A stretch of 24,000 nucleotides of DNA from Anaerolineales bacterium (GCA_037478835.1 JBBFLV010000001.1:286526-310525), one strand, 5' to 3'. Counted from the first letter of the stretch, positions 1 to 9,036 are shown. Notes: a model not told the origin generated them from the letters alone. Program-made: numbers and translations.

Positions 1-54
1 TATCAGGTGGTGAAGCAAGGGAGCGATTATCTCGTCTGCGGCTATCGCTAACCT

Positions 55-1458
55 ATGAGCCTGCCCCACATCCTAATTTTCATTGCCCTGGCTTTCTTCC
101 CCGGCAAATGGCTGAAAGGATCGGCAAGGCAGTTCTTCCTGCTGGTGCTGAGTGTTTTGGCGATCTACCTGCTTCAACCGGCCCTTCCGATCCGCGGGCT
201 GGATTTTTACCTGCCAACGTTGACGTTGGGGTTGGTGATCCTGAGCTGGCGCCTGGTGACGCCGACCGAACAGGTTCCCTGGCGCAGTCAATGGAGGACC
301 TTGGGCATTCTGCTTGTCGTTCCTCTGCTCCTGGCCGCGACGCGCTATTTGCCCTGGCCTCTACCGCTCACCCCTTCTCTGCCCCCGCTGCCACTCTATG
401 TGCTGCTTCTGTTACTGCTCTTGTTCGCCGTGAGCACAGGGGTCCCTCGTTGGCGACACGGTGTGATCTTCGGCATCGGTCTGCTGTTGCTGTTCTTTTT
501 GCTCCTGAAGACTCCGGCACTTACCCGATTACTCAGTCAAGGATTACGCTGGTTGACCGCGCAGGATATGACCCGCGCTGCGGCGACCGATATTCGCTGG
601 TTGGGCTTTTCGTTCATCGCCTTTCGCCTGATCCATACCCTGCGCGATTGTCAGATGGGGCGCCTGCCGGGGACCTCCCTGGCCGAATACGTGACCTACG
701 TGCTCTTCTTCCCGGCGCTCACCGCCGGCCCCATTGACCGCCTGGAACGCTTCCTGCAGGATTTGCGCCGTCCGTTTACCTTACAATCTGCGGATGTGCT
801 CGCCGCTGGAATGCGCCTGAGCCTTGGCCTGCTAAAGAAGTTCGTCTTGGCCGATACCCTGGCGCTGATTGCCCTGAACGATCTCAACGCCTGGGAGCTG
901 CGCTCTTCGCTTTGGAGCTGGGGCGTGCTCTATGCCTATTCCTGGCAGATCTACTGGGATTTCAGCGGCTATACCGATATCGCCATCGGATTGGGAAGGC
1001 TCTTTGGCATTCAGCTGCCGGAAAATTTCAACCGCCCCTATCAAATGCCGAACCTGACGCAGTTCTGGAACAATTGGCACATGACCCTGACCCAGTGGTT
1101 CCGCGCCTACTTTTTCAATCCCCTCACCCGTTCCCTGCGCCGCAAGGGTCTCGCCGTGACCTGGCTGATCCTGGTGACTCAACTGAGCACCATGCTCCTG
1201 ATCGGCCTCTGGCACGGTGTGACCTGGAATTTCATTTTGTGGGGCATATGGCATGGGGTGGGGCTTTTTGTGCACAACCGTTGGAGTGAGTGGGTGCGTC
1301 CGCGTTGGCAGATCGCGCCGCGCTGGCAGCCCTGGTGGAACGCCGCCGGTGCCGTGCTCAGTTTCCACTATGTGACTCTGGGCTGGGTGTTCTTCGCCCT
1401 CTCCTCGCCGCAGGCGGCCTGGCGGGTGTTCAGCGTGCTCTTCGGAGGTGCAGGATGA
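55..1458 (+). CDS. MBOAT-family membrane-bound O-acyltransferase (AlgI/DltB/PatA-like)
   Basis: 467-aa multi-pass hydrophobic ORF. MBOAT signature region FWNNWHMTLTQWFRAYFFNPL with the conserved His, and a later LIGLWHG. Its stop overlaps the next start (ATGA at 1455-1458). Confidence 0.85.
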   Translation: MSLPHILIFIALAFFPGKWLKGSARQFFLLVLSVLAIYLLQPALPIRGLDFYLPTLTLGLVILSWRLVTPTEQVPWRSQWRTLGILLVVPLLLAATRYLPWPLPLTPSLPPLPLYVLLLLLLLFAVSTGVPRWRHGVIFGIGLLLLFFLLLKTPALTRLLSQGLRWLTAQDMTRAAATDIRWLGFSFIAFRLIHTLRDCQMGRLPGTSLAEYVTYVLFFPALTAGPIDRLERFLQDLRRPFTLQSADVLAAGMRLSLGLLKKFVLADTLALIALNDLNAWELRSSLWSWGVLYAYSWQIYWDFSGYTDIAIGLGRLFGIQLPENFNRPYQMPNLTQFWNNWHMTLTQWFRAYFFNPLTRSLRRKGLAVTWLILVTQLSTMLLIGLWHGVTWNFILWGIWHGVGLFVHNRWSEWVRPRWQIAPRWQPWWNAAGAVLSFHYVTLGWVFFALSSPQAAWRVFSVLFGGAG

Positions 1459-2570
1459 GCGCGCCGCTCCGTCCCTGGGCTATCCTCTTGAAAGCTCTGG
1501 TGCTATTCCTGGCTTTCAATTGGCTGTTCGCTTTTTTCCCACCATCTCTTGGCAAGCTCTCCCTCTATAATCATCTCTTTCCGGGCCGCCCACGTTTCCC
1601 CTTTGGTGAAAACATCTTGGAAGCGCACAACCTGAGCATCGGCGATCTGCAGGCGCTTTTCGCCGCGCACCTTTTGGATGGGACGCCGAAAGCCTCCGAT
1701 GAGCTTCGGGTGCTGGTGCTCGGCGATTCTTCGATCTGGGGCACGCTGCTGCGCCCGGAGCAGACGCGCAGCGCCCAATGGGACGCCGCGGCCTTGACCT
1801 GCGGTGGGAAGCCGCTGCGCTTTTATAACCTGGGATACCCGACGCTCTCCCTGACCAAAGATCTGCTGATCCTCGAAACGGCGCGGCGCTATCAGCCGGA
1901 TGCGGTGATCTGGGCGGTGACGCTGGAATCCTTTGCCGCCGATACGCAACTCAGCTCGCCGTTGCTGGCGGCAAACGCCGAGGCCGTGCGAGGACTGATC
2001 GCTCGCTATCACCTGCCGCTGAACGAAGCCGACCTGCCACATCCTACCTTTTGGCAACGTACGCTGATCGGTCAACGGCGCGCGCTGGCCGATTGGGCCC
2101 GCCTGCAGCTCCTTGGCGTGATCTGGGCGGCGACAGGCGTGGATCAGGCCTACCCTGAGCGCTATCCCCCTGCCCAACGCGATTTTGCCGAAGATGTGCG
2201 TTTCCACGGCCTGGAAGGCCCGGATTTTCCGCCACATGCCTTGGCCTGGGAAGTGCTACGGGTTGGGATCGAACAGGTGGCGCCGCCCAAGGTGCTCCTG
2301 ATCAATGAGCCGATCCTGATCGCTTCCGGAAAAAACAGCCATCTCCGGTATAATTTCTACTATCCCCGTTGGGCTTATGACCGCTATCGCACCCTGTTGG
2401 CCGCGTTCGTCGCCGAACATGCCATCGCCTACGTGGATGCCTGGGATTGGGTAGATGCTTCTCAGTTCACGAACAGTGCCATCCATCTTACACCCCAGGC
2501 CGAAGCCCAATTGGCTCAGGCGCTGATCCCATCCATTCTGGAAACGATATGCGATTCCTCCGCAAAATAG
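1455..2570 (+). CDS. Membrane-anchored SGNH/GDSL-like protein, probable extracytoplasmic partner of the MBOAT
   Basis: ATG at 1455 overlaps the MBOAT stop. N-terminal hydrophobic anchor WAILLKALVLFLAFNWLFAFF. GDS block VLVLGDSSIWG. Later blocks NLGYPT and NSAIHLT. MBOAT + SGNH-like pairing resembles AlgI/AlgJ-X, PatA/PatB and DltB/DltD. The longer track ORF from 1290 starts inside the MBOAT gene, so I trimmed it. Confidence 0.65.
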   Translation: MSAPLRPWAILLKALVLFLAFNWLFAFFPPSLGKLSLYNHLFPGRPRFPFGENILEAHNLSIGDLQALFAAHLLDGTPKASDELRVLVLGDSSIWGTLLRPEQTRSAQWDAAALTCGGKPLRFYNLGYPTLSLTKDLLILETARRYQPDAVIWAVTLESFAADTQLSSPLLAANAEAVRGLIARYHLPLNEADLPHPTFWQRTLIGQRRALADWARLQLLGVIWAATGVDQAYPERYPPAQRDFAEDVRFHGLEGPDFPPHALAWEVLRVGIEQVAPPKVLLINEPILIASGKNSHLRYNFYYPRWAYDRYRTLLAAFVAEHAIAYVDAWDWVDASQFTNSAIHLTPQAEAQLAQALIPSILETICDSSAK

Positions 2571-4294
2571 TCATCTTCGCCTTTTTGTTGGCGGCCTGTG
2601 TGCCGTCTCGTCCAACCCTGCCACCCATTTCTGCCTCTCCTACGGTTCTTCCATCGGAAACTGCGCCGGGCGGGGGGCTCCCCCTCACGCCAACCTCTAC
2701 GGCCCTTCCCGTTGCTTCCCCGATCGTAGAATCCATATCTGTCCACCCTTCCCCCACCCCCCAAACCCCGCCGCCGGAACAGTGGATGGAATGGCCGGTC
2801 GTGCCGCAGGTTTCTGATCGCATGAAGGAAGTTTATCGCCAGGGGCTGGCTCAGGGGCGCAATCCCTATCGCTTCTCGAAGATCGGCGATTGTCAAAACG
2901 TGGATTCTTACTTCCTTTCGGCTTTCGATCACCCCGGCGAGTATCGCCTGGGGCCCGAGTACGCTTACCTGCAGCCGACGATCGAGCACTTTAACGGCTC
3001 GTGGTCGCGCACCAGCTTGGCGGTGAAGGGCGGTTTCAATGTCGCGGCGGTGTTGGCACCGTTCCGCGCCGATCCGAATTACTGCCGTTCGGACGAATCG
3101 CCGCTGGATTGTGAACTGCGCGTTTTCAATCCCAGCCTGGTGATCATCAGCATGGAAACCTGGTGGGGAAAGAAGCCCGCCGAGACCTACGAGCGTTACC
3201 TGCGTCAGATTGTAGAAAAAGTGCTGGCCCAGGGCGTGGTGCCGATCCTGGCGACGAAGGCCGATAACCTGGAAGGGGATCACAGCATCAATCAGGCGAT
3301 TGCACGGGTGGCCTACGATTATCAGGTGCCGCTGTGGAATTTCTGGCGCGCCGTCCAGCCGTTGCCCAATCACGGTCTTAGCCCGGATGGATTCCACCTG
3401 ACCTTTTCGCGCAACTTTTTCGATGATCCCCAGGTGATGGAAAATGCTTGGCCTTGGCGCAACTTGACTGCGTTGCAGAGCATCGATGCCGTCTGGCGCG
3501 GGTTGAACGATCTGCCACTGGGCAACCTGGAAGTTACACCCACCCCGATCCCGCTCACCCCAACGCCCACCGTCTGGCAGGAGTGGCCGGTGCTGCCGCA
3601 AGCCATCGCCGATTCGATGAAAGCGGTCTATCAGAAGGGGATCGAGAAGGGCAACAACCCGCGCGCCTTCTCGAAGATCGGAGACGATAACGCTTCCAGC
3701 TCGTGGTTCCTGGATGCTTTCGATCAAGGCGCATACGATTTGGGACCTTATGCCGGGCTGCGGGCGACGGTGGATTACTTCGCCGGCTCGTTTGCCCGTC
3801 GTAGCCTGGCCGCCGCTCCGGGTTTCACCACGGCTTCGCTGTTGACACCCTCCAAGGCGCCTCTGTGCACCCCCGGTGAAACGGTGCTGGATTGCGAGCT
3901 GCGCTTGCATCGTCCGTCCTTTGCGCTGATCTTGCTGGGGACGAACGAGGCCTACTACCCGCAGGAGTTTGAGGCCGGAATGCGAGGCGTTCTGGAGCAT
4001 TTGCTGGAAGAGGGGGTGGTGCCGGTGCTTTTCACCAAGGTTGATAACCGCGAAGGGAATCATCAGATCAATGCCCGCATCGTCGCCCTGGCACAGGAAT
4101 ATCAGGTGCCGCTGGTGAACTTCTGGCGCGTGAGCGACAAATTACCGCGTCATGGCTTACAGGCCGATAGCGAACACCTGACCTGGGCCGGGAACTTTTT
4201 CGGCGATCCGCTGGCAATGCAAGCGGCCTGGCCGTGGCGCAACCTGATCACCTTGCAAATGCTCGATCTGCTACGGCAGACGTTCTCCCCATAG
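2549..4294 (+). CDS. Lipoprotein with two tandem SGNH-like domains (internal duplication)
   Basis: ATG at 2549 gives MRFLRKIVIFAFLLAAC, a signal peptide with an LAAC lipobox, followed by a Pro/Ser/Thr-rich linker. Two paralogous halves of about 245 aa (approx 2777-3520 and 3572-4291) share FSKIGD...FLxAFD, LDCELR, GVVPxLxTKxDNxEGxHxIN, YQVPLxNFWR, HGLxxDxxHLT and AWPWRNL. The domain assignment is by motif only. The start overlaps the upstream gene by 22 nt. Confidence 0.6.
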   Translation: MRFLRKIVIFAFLLAACVPSRPTLPPISASPTVLPSETAPGGGLPLTPTSTALPVASPIVESISVHPSPTPQTPPPEQWMEWPVVPQVSDRMKEVYRQGLAQGRNPYRFSKIGDCQNVDSYFLSAFDHPGEYRLGPEYAYLQPTIEHFNGSWSRTSLAVKGGFNVAAVLAPFRADPNYCRSDESPLDCELRVFNPSLVIISMETWWGKKPAETYERYLRQIVEKVLAQGVVPILATKADNLEGDHSINQAIARVAYDYQVPLWNFWRAVQPLPNHGLSPDGFHLTFSRNFFDDPQVMENAWPWRNLTALQSIDAVWRGLNDLPLGNLEVTPTPIPLTPTPTVWQEWPVLPQAIADSMKAVYQKGIEKGNNPRAFSKIGDDNASSSWFLDAFDQGAYDLGPYAGLRATVDYFAGSFARRSLAAAPGFTTASLLTPSKAPLCTPGETVLDCELRLHRPSFALILLGTNEAYYPQEFEAGMRGVLEHLLEEGVVPVLFTKVDNREGNHQINARIVALAQEYQVPLVNFWRVSDKLPRHGLQADSEHLTWAGNFFGDPLAMQAAWPWRNLITLQMLDLLRQTFSP

Positions 4295-4309
4295 AGAAAC
4301 GAGGTGCTT

Positions 4310-5518
4310 ATGCAAACGATCTACGTCGAAAAAGACATCCCCCGTGTCCTGTTGACGAAAATGCTCGCGCCTCACTGGCCGGATTTCGTCTGGACGCGAT
4401 TCTCCGCGGCGCGCGCCGCCCGTTTGCCCGATCCGCCGCTTCCGGGGCCGCGCTGGTTACGGGTGCGCAACCTGCGATGCGGCATTTGCGCTTCGGATCT
4501 CTCTTTGCTCTATGTGCATGCCGATCCCTCCATCGCGCCGGCGGCGTTGCCGGCTAACGAGCGCTTTTACCTGGGGCACGAAGTGGTGAGCATTGTGGAA
4601 GAAGTCGGCCCTGAAGTGACCCGTTTCAAGGTCGGCGATCGGGTGATCATGGATACGCACTTTGCCGGTGCGAATTGTGAAACGCTGGGGATCGAGCCTG
4701 TTTGCCGCCATTGCGCGGCCGGGGATCATCAGCTCTGCGAAAACAAATCCCTGGCCGGCCCGCGCGGGATCGGCGGCGGCTTTGGCGATAGTTACGTGAC
4801 GCATGAGACGGCCGTCTATCCGGCCCCATCCTTTCTCGATGATGATCAAGCGGCGCTGACCGAGCCGCTTTCGATCCCCATGTACGGAGTGATGCGCTTT
4901 CCGCCCCGACCGGGCGATAAGGTGCTGGTGATCGGTGCCGGCATCATCGGCCTGCTGACCCTGATGACCGTGCGCGCTCTGGTCCCGGAAGCAGAAGTGA
5001 CCATCCTGGCACGCTATCCGCATCAGCAGGCGATGGCGGAAAAACTCGGTGCGCGGCACATCCTGACGGGAAAAGAAGGCTATTCGGCGATCGCCGCCAT
5101 CACCGGCGGGCGCTACTTCAGCGCACCGTTGAACAAAGGGATAGTCGTCGGCGGTTTTGACGTGATCTACGATTGCGTTGCCGATCCGCGCACCACGAAC
5201 GATGCCTTGCGTTGGGCACGCGCCGGCGGAACGGTGGTGATGATCGGGGCTCACATGGCCCCGATGCCAAAGGTAGACCTGACGCCGATCTGGTATCATC
5301 AGGTTAACCTGGTCGGCACCTATCATCACGGCTATAACACCTGGAATGGGGAGCGCAAACATACCTACGAATGGGTGTTCGATTTCTTCCGTCAGGGCAA
5401 ACTGCCGATCGATGGGTTGATTACGCACCGTTTCCCCTTCTCCGAATACCGCCAGGCCTTTCGGGTGGCGCTGGCTAAAGGGCGCGAGAAGGCGATCAAA
5501 GTGATGTTTCAAAAGTGA
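4310..5518 (+). CDS. Zn-dependent alcohol/polyol dehydrogenase, MDR superfamily
   Basis: GAGG at 4301-4304 lies 5 nt before ATG 4310. Motifs: catalytic Cys context CGICASD, LGHEVVSIVEEVGPEV (GHE motif), structural-Zn Cys cluster CETLGIEPVCRHCAAGDHQLC, and Rossmann VLVIGAGIIGLL. Confidence 0.85.
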   Translation: MQTIYVEKDIPRVLLTKMLAPHWPDFVWTRFSAARAARLPDPPLPGPRWLRVRNLRCGICASDLSLLYVHADPSIAPAALPANERFYLGHEVVSIVEEVGPEVTRFKVGDRVIMDTHFAGANCETLGIEPVCRHCAAGDHQLCENKSLAGPRGIGGGFGDSYVTHETAVYPAPSFLDDDQAALTEPLSIPMYGVMRFPPRPGDKVLVIGAGIIGLLTLMTVRALVPEAEVTILARYPHQQAMAEKLGARHILTGKEGYSAIAAITGGRYFSAPLNKGIVVGGFDVIYDCVADPRTTNDALRWARAGGTVVMIGAHMAPMPKVDLTPIWYHQVNLVGTYHHGYNTWNGERKHTYEWVFDFFRQGKLPIDGLITHRFPFSEYRQAFRVALAKGREKAIKVMFQK

Positions 5519-5529
5519 GGGAGGGAGCC

Positions 5530-6468
5530 ATGACCTGGCAGATTCTCATCAGCGATGGATTGGAAGAGAACGGGCAGGCGTTGCTTCGTGCCCAGGCTCA
5601 GGTGGAGGATCGCAGCGGGATTGGGCCGGAAGAGCTGCGCACCATCCTGCCGGCCTATGATGCGCTGATCGTGCGCGGCCGCACCAAGGTCACAGCCGAG
5701 TTGCTGGAGCACGCCCCCCGGCTCAAGGTCATCGGACGCGCCGGCGTGGGCGTGGATAACATTGACCTGGAAGCGGCCCGCAGGCGGGGCATTGTAGTGG
5801 TCAACGCGCCGCTTTCCACCACCGTGGCCGTCGCCGAGCTGACCTTTGGCCTGATCCTGGCCACCGCCCGAGCGATCCCCCGCGCCGACGCCGCGATGAA
5901 ACAGGGCAAATGGCTGAAAAAGGAACTGGAAGGAGTGGAACTCCAGGGGAAAACCCTCGGTCTGATCGGCTTCGGACGGATCGGGCGCGAAGTAGCCCAT
6001 CGGGCGCTGGCCTTCGGAATGCATATCCTGGCCTACGATCCGCTGATCCCGGAAGATGTCATCCGTCAGGCGAACGCCGCGCCTTGCACGTTGGAAGAGG
6101 TCCTGGAGCGCTCCGATTTCCTCTCGCTCCACCTGCCTCTGACCGAAGAGACGCGCAATCTGCTTTCTGCGCAGGCGTTTGCCCGGATGAAGCCCGGTGT
6201 CCGTCTGATCTGCACGGCGCGTGGTGGGATCATCGACGAGGCTGCCCTGCTTCAGGCCTTGAATGAGGGCAGGGTTGCCGCTGCTGCGCTGGATGTCTTC
6301 GCCCAGGAGCCGCCCGGCCTGACGGAGCTGATTGCGCATCCCAACCTGATCGCCACGCCGCACATCGGCGCCCAAACGGTGGAGGCTCAGGCGCGCGCCG
6401 CCGAGATGATCGCCACCGAAGTGCTGGCAGCCCTGCGCGGCGAACCCTTGCGTTGGCGCGTGGTTTAA
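5530..6468 (+). CDS. D-isomer-specific 2-hydroxyacid dehydrogenase (short D-3-phosphoglycerate dehydrogenase-like, no ACT domain)
   Basis: GGGAGGGAG precedes ATG 5530. Motifs: GRAGVGVDNIDLEAARRRGIVVVNAP, NAD-binding GLIGFGRIGREVA, RGGIIDEAAL...AAALDVF..EP, and PHIGAQT. 312 aa. Confidence 0.85.
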   Translation: MTWQILISDGLEENGQALLRAQAQVEDRSGIGPEELRTILPAYDALIVRGRTKVTAELLEHAPRLKVIGRAGVGVDNIDLEAARRRGIVVVNAPLSTTVAVAELTFGLILATARAIPRADAAMKQGKWLKKELEGVELQGKTLGLIGFGRIGREVAHRALAFGMHILAYDPLIPEDVIRQANAAPCTLEEVLERSDFLSLHLPLTEETRNLLSAQAFARMKPGVRLICTARGGIIDEAALLQALNEGRVAAAALDVFAQEPPGLTELIAHPNLIATPHIGAQTVEAQARAAEMIATEVLAALRGEPLRWRVV

Positions 6469-6470
6469 TG

Positions 6471-6601
6471 GAGAGGATTGACGGGATTTACAGAGGATTT
6501 GAGTTTGGTAAAAACCAAATCCTGTGGCGGAATGGGACACGGATGGACGCGGAGCGGATATACAGGCTCATGCTGAAACCTAAAAAGCCCTGCGGATTTG
6601 C
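6471..6601. repeat. Family C (GGAT/CGGAT-rich) intergenic element with hairpin
   Basis: GAGGATT, CGGGATT, GAGGATT, CACGGATGG, GCGGATA and GCGGATT motifs. Hairpin ACAGAGGATTTG (6490-6501) pairs with CAAATCCTGT (6516-6525) with a 2-nt bulge. Confidence 0.6.
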
Positions 6602-6686
6602 CCGTGAGGAAACCCGATTGACGCATCGTTTGGAGCGCGCGGGTGTTCTAAAATAACGATTCTGTAGCCTTTGGAGTAGACACTTT

Positions 6687-7922
6687 ATGCGTCGAAGAGT
6701 TGTCATTACCGGCTGTGGTTGTCTTAGCCCCGTGGGGAATAACGTTGCCGAGACCTGGCAAGCCCTGCTGGACGGGCGCTCCGGTGTGGATTGGATCACG
6801 CTGTTCGATGCCTCCCAGCATAAGACCCGCTTTGCCGCAGAAGTCAAAGGGTTCGATGGTGCGGCGCTTTTCGGCAGTCGCGAGGCGCGCCGCATGGATC
6901 GCTTTACCCAGTTTGCCTTGGCGGCGGCCCTGGAGGCTTTTGCTCAGGCCGGGCTGCAGTCGAATGGGCTGGATCGGAACCGGGTCGGGGTGGTGATCGG
7001 CAGCGGTATCGGCGGGATTTCCACGCTTCTAGCGCAGATCGAGGAAATGCGGGCACGCGGCCCGGAACGGGTCAGCCCTTTCCTGATCCCGATGATGATC
7101 GCCGATAGTGCGCCGGCGACGATCGCCATTCAGCTGGGGCTGCGCGGCCCGAACATGGCGTTGGCGACGGCCTGTGCCAGCGGTGCAAACGCCATCGGTG
7201 AGGCGGCTGAGATGATCCGCCGTGGGGTGGCCGATGTGATGTTGGCAGGCGGTGCCGAGGCCTCGATCGTGCCGGTGGCCATGGCGGCCTTGAACGTGAT
7301 GGGGGCCCTTTCGACGCGCAACGAGGCGCCCCAGCGAGCTTCTCGTCCTTTCGACCGTGAGCGGGATGGCTTTGTGATGGGCGAAGGGGCCGGGATGCTG
7401 GTGTTGGAATCGCTGGAGCATGCTCAGGCGCGAGGGGCTCGTATTTTGGCCGAGCTGAGCGGCTACGGCACGAGCAATGATGCCTATCACATCTCCGCGC
7501 CGGCGGAAAACGGAGCCGGGGCGGCGCTTTCGATGCGTTGGGCGCTGGAGGATGCCGGCCTACAGCCGGAGCAGATCGATTACATCAACGCACATGGCAC
7601 GTCCACACCACTCAACGATAAGAGCGAAACCCAGGCGATCAAGACCGTCTTCGGCGAGACGGCCTATGCGATCCCCATTTCTTCGACCAAATCGATGACC
7701 GGCCACTTGCTCGGCGCTTCCGGCGCGTTGGAGGCGGTGATCTGTGTGCAGGTGTTGCAGGAGCAAATTTTGCCGCCTACGATCAATTACGAGCACCCCG
7801 ATCCGGAATGCGATCTTGATTACGTGCCGAACCATCCGCGCCCGCACAAGGTGCGCCATGTCATGTCCAATTCCTTTGGCTTCGGTGGGCACAATGCGAC
7901 ATTGATCTTCAGTCAGGTGTGA
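6687..7922 (+). CDS. fabF: 3-oxoacyl-ACP synthase II (KAS II)
   Basis: 411 aa. N-terminus RRVVITGCGCLSPVGN. Active-site contexts ATACASGANA (Cys), NAHGTSTP (His) and KSMTGHLLGASG (His). C-terminus SNSFGFGGHNATLIF. Confidence 0.92.
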   Translation: MRRRVVITGCGCLSPVGNNVAETWQALLDGRSGVDWITLFDASQHKTRFAAEVKGFDGAALFGSREARRMDRFTQFALAAALEAFAQAGLQSNGLDRNRVGVVIGSGIGGISTLLAQIEEMRARGPERVSPFLIPMMIADSAPATIAIQLGLRGPNMALATACASGANAIGEAAEMIRRGVADVMLAGGAEASIVPVAMAALNVMGALSTRNEAPQRASRPFDRERDGFVMGEGAGMLVLESLEHAQARGARILAELSGYGTSNDAYHISAPAENGAGAALSMRWALEDAGLQPEQIDYINAHGTSTPLNDKSETQAIKTVFGETAYAIPISSTKSMTGHLLGASGALEAVICVQVLQEQILPPTINYEHPDPECDLDYVPNHPRPHKVRHVMSNSFGFGGHNATLIFSQV

Positions 7923-7929
7923 GGTGAGT

Positions 7930-9036
7930 ATGCCCTATGCACATATCACCGGCTGGGGGATGGCCGTTCCGGAGAAGGTGTTGACGAACACCGAGCTGGA
8001 AAAGATGGTGGAGACCAGCGATGCTTGGATCCGCGAACGCACGGGAATTCGCGAGCGACGCATTGCCGGCCCAGATGAACACCCTTCGGTGCTGGGCGCG
8101 CGTGCCGCGCTCAAAGCGTTGGAGGTTGCTCGTCTACATCCACGCGATGTTGAGCTGATCATTTGTGCCACTTCCAGCCCGGAGTACCTTTTCCCGGCCA
8201 CGGCCTGCCTGATCCAGGATGCGATCGGGGCGGCAAAAGCCGGTGCGTTTGACCTGCTGGCGGCCTGTTCGGGATTTATTTACGCCGTGCACATGGCGGC
8301 TCAGGCGATTCGCAGCGGGGCGATCCAGAATGCGTTGGTGATCGGGACAGAGACGCTTTCGCGCATCACGAATTGGAAGGACCGGAACACCTGCATTCTG
8401 TTCGGCGATGGGGCGGGAGCTTTTGTGCTCCAGGCCAGCGATCGGCCGGGTGGGGTGCTGGCCGGGGTGATGCATTCCGATGGATCGGGGGGCAACTTGC
8501 TAATCCTGCCGGCGGGAGGCAGTCGCATGCCGGCCAGCTTGGATACGGTGAGCAATGGCCATCACTATATCTACATGGACGGGCGCGAGGTCTTTCGCTT
8601 CGCCACCCGTGTGTTGGCTCAGTCCACGTTGGAAGTGGTGGAAAAGGCCGGACTGCAGCTGGAGGATATCCGCTGGATCATCCCGCATCAGGCGAACTAT
8701 CGCATCATCGAAACGGCGGCGCGCGGGCTGAAATTGCCGGTAGAGCGGTTTATCATCAACCTGGATCGCTACGGCAACACGTCCACAGCTTCGATCCCGA
8801 TTGCCACCTGTGAGGCCGCCGAAAAGGGTTTGCTCAAGGCGGGGGATAAGATCGTTTTCACCGGCTTCGGTGCCGGCCTGACCTGGGGAGCCTTGGTCGC
8901 CGAATGGAGCGGTCCCTTGCCTTCGGCCACCCGCCCGATCCGACCGCAACGCTATCGCCCTGTGGCGCGCATGCGCTCTTTCTGGCACCGCCTGCTGCGC
9001 TTCCTGGAAGGGTTGATCTGGGGGCGAAAGGGGTGA
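7930..9036 (+). CDS. fabH: 3-oxoacyl-ACP synthase III (KAS III) with a C-terminal extension of about 42 aa
   Basis: GAGG at 7921-7924 lies 5 nt before ATG 7930. Catalytic triad contexts LLAACSGFIYA (Cys), IIPHQANYRII (His) and RYGNTSTASIP (Asn). GFGAGLTWGA is normally near the end of FabH, but here 42 further residues follow (8908-9033). Confidence 0.9.
   Translation: MPYAHITGWGMAVPEKVLTNTELEKMVETSDAWIRERTGIRERRIAGPDEHPSVLGARAALKALEVARLHPRDVELIICATSSPEYLFPATACLIQDAIGAAKAGAFDLLAACSGFIYAVHMAAQAIRSGAIQNALVIGTETLSRITNWKDRNTCILFGDGAGAFVLQASDRPGGVLAGVMHSDGSGGNLLILPAGGSRMPASLDTVSNGHHYIYMDGREVFRFATRVLAQSTLEVVEKAGLQLEDIRWIIPHQANYRIIETAARGLKLPVERFIINLDRYGNTSTASIPIATCEAAEKGLLKAGDKIVFTGFGAGLTWGALVAEWSGPLPSATRPIRPQRYRPVARMRSFWHRLLRFLEGLIWGRKG

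Noticed and set aside
1-51. 3' end of an upstream + strand gene (...YQVVKQGSDYLVCGYR-stop), 3 nt before the MBOAT start.
   Set aside because: Only 16 codons are visible, so no product can be assigned. It is noted only as evidence that the operon may begin upstream of the window.
6453-6656. 67-aa + strand ORF in the serA-like/fabF spacer.
   Set aside because: It starts inside the upstream gene and has no SD. Its sequence is dominated by translation of the GGAT-type repeat. I treat the region as a repeat or possible RNA element instead, though a real small protein cannot be fully excluded.
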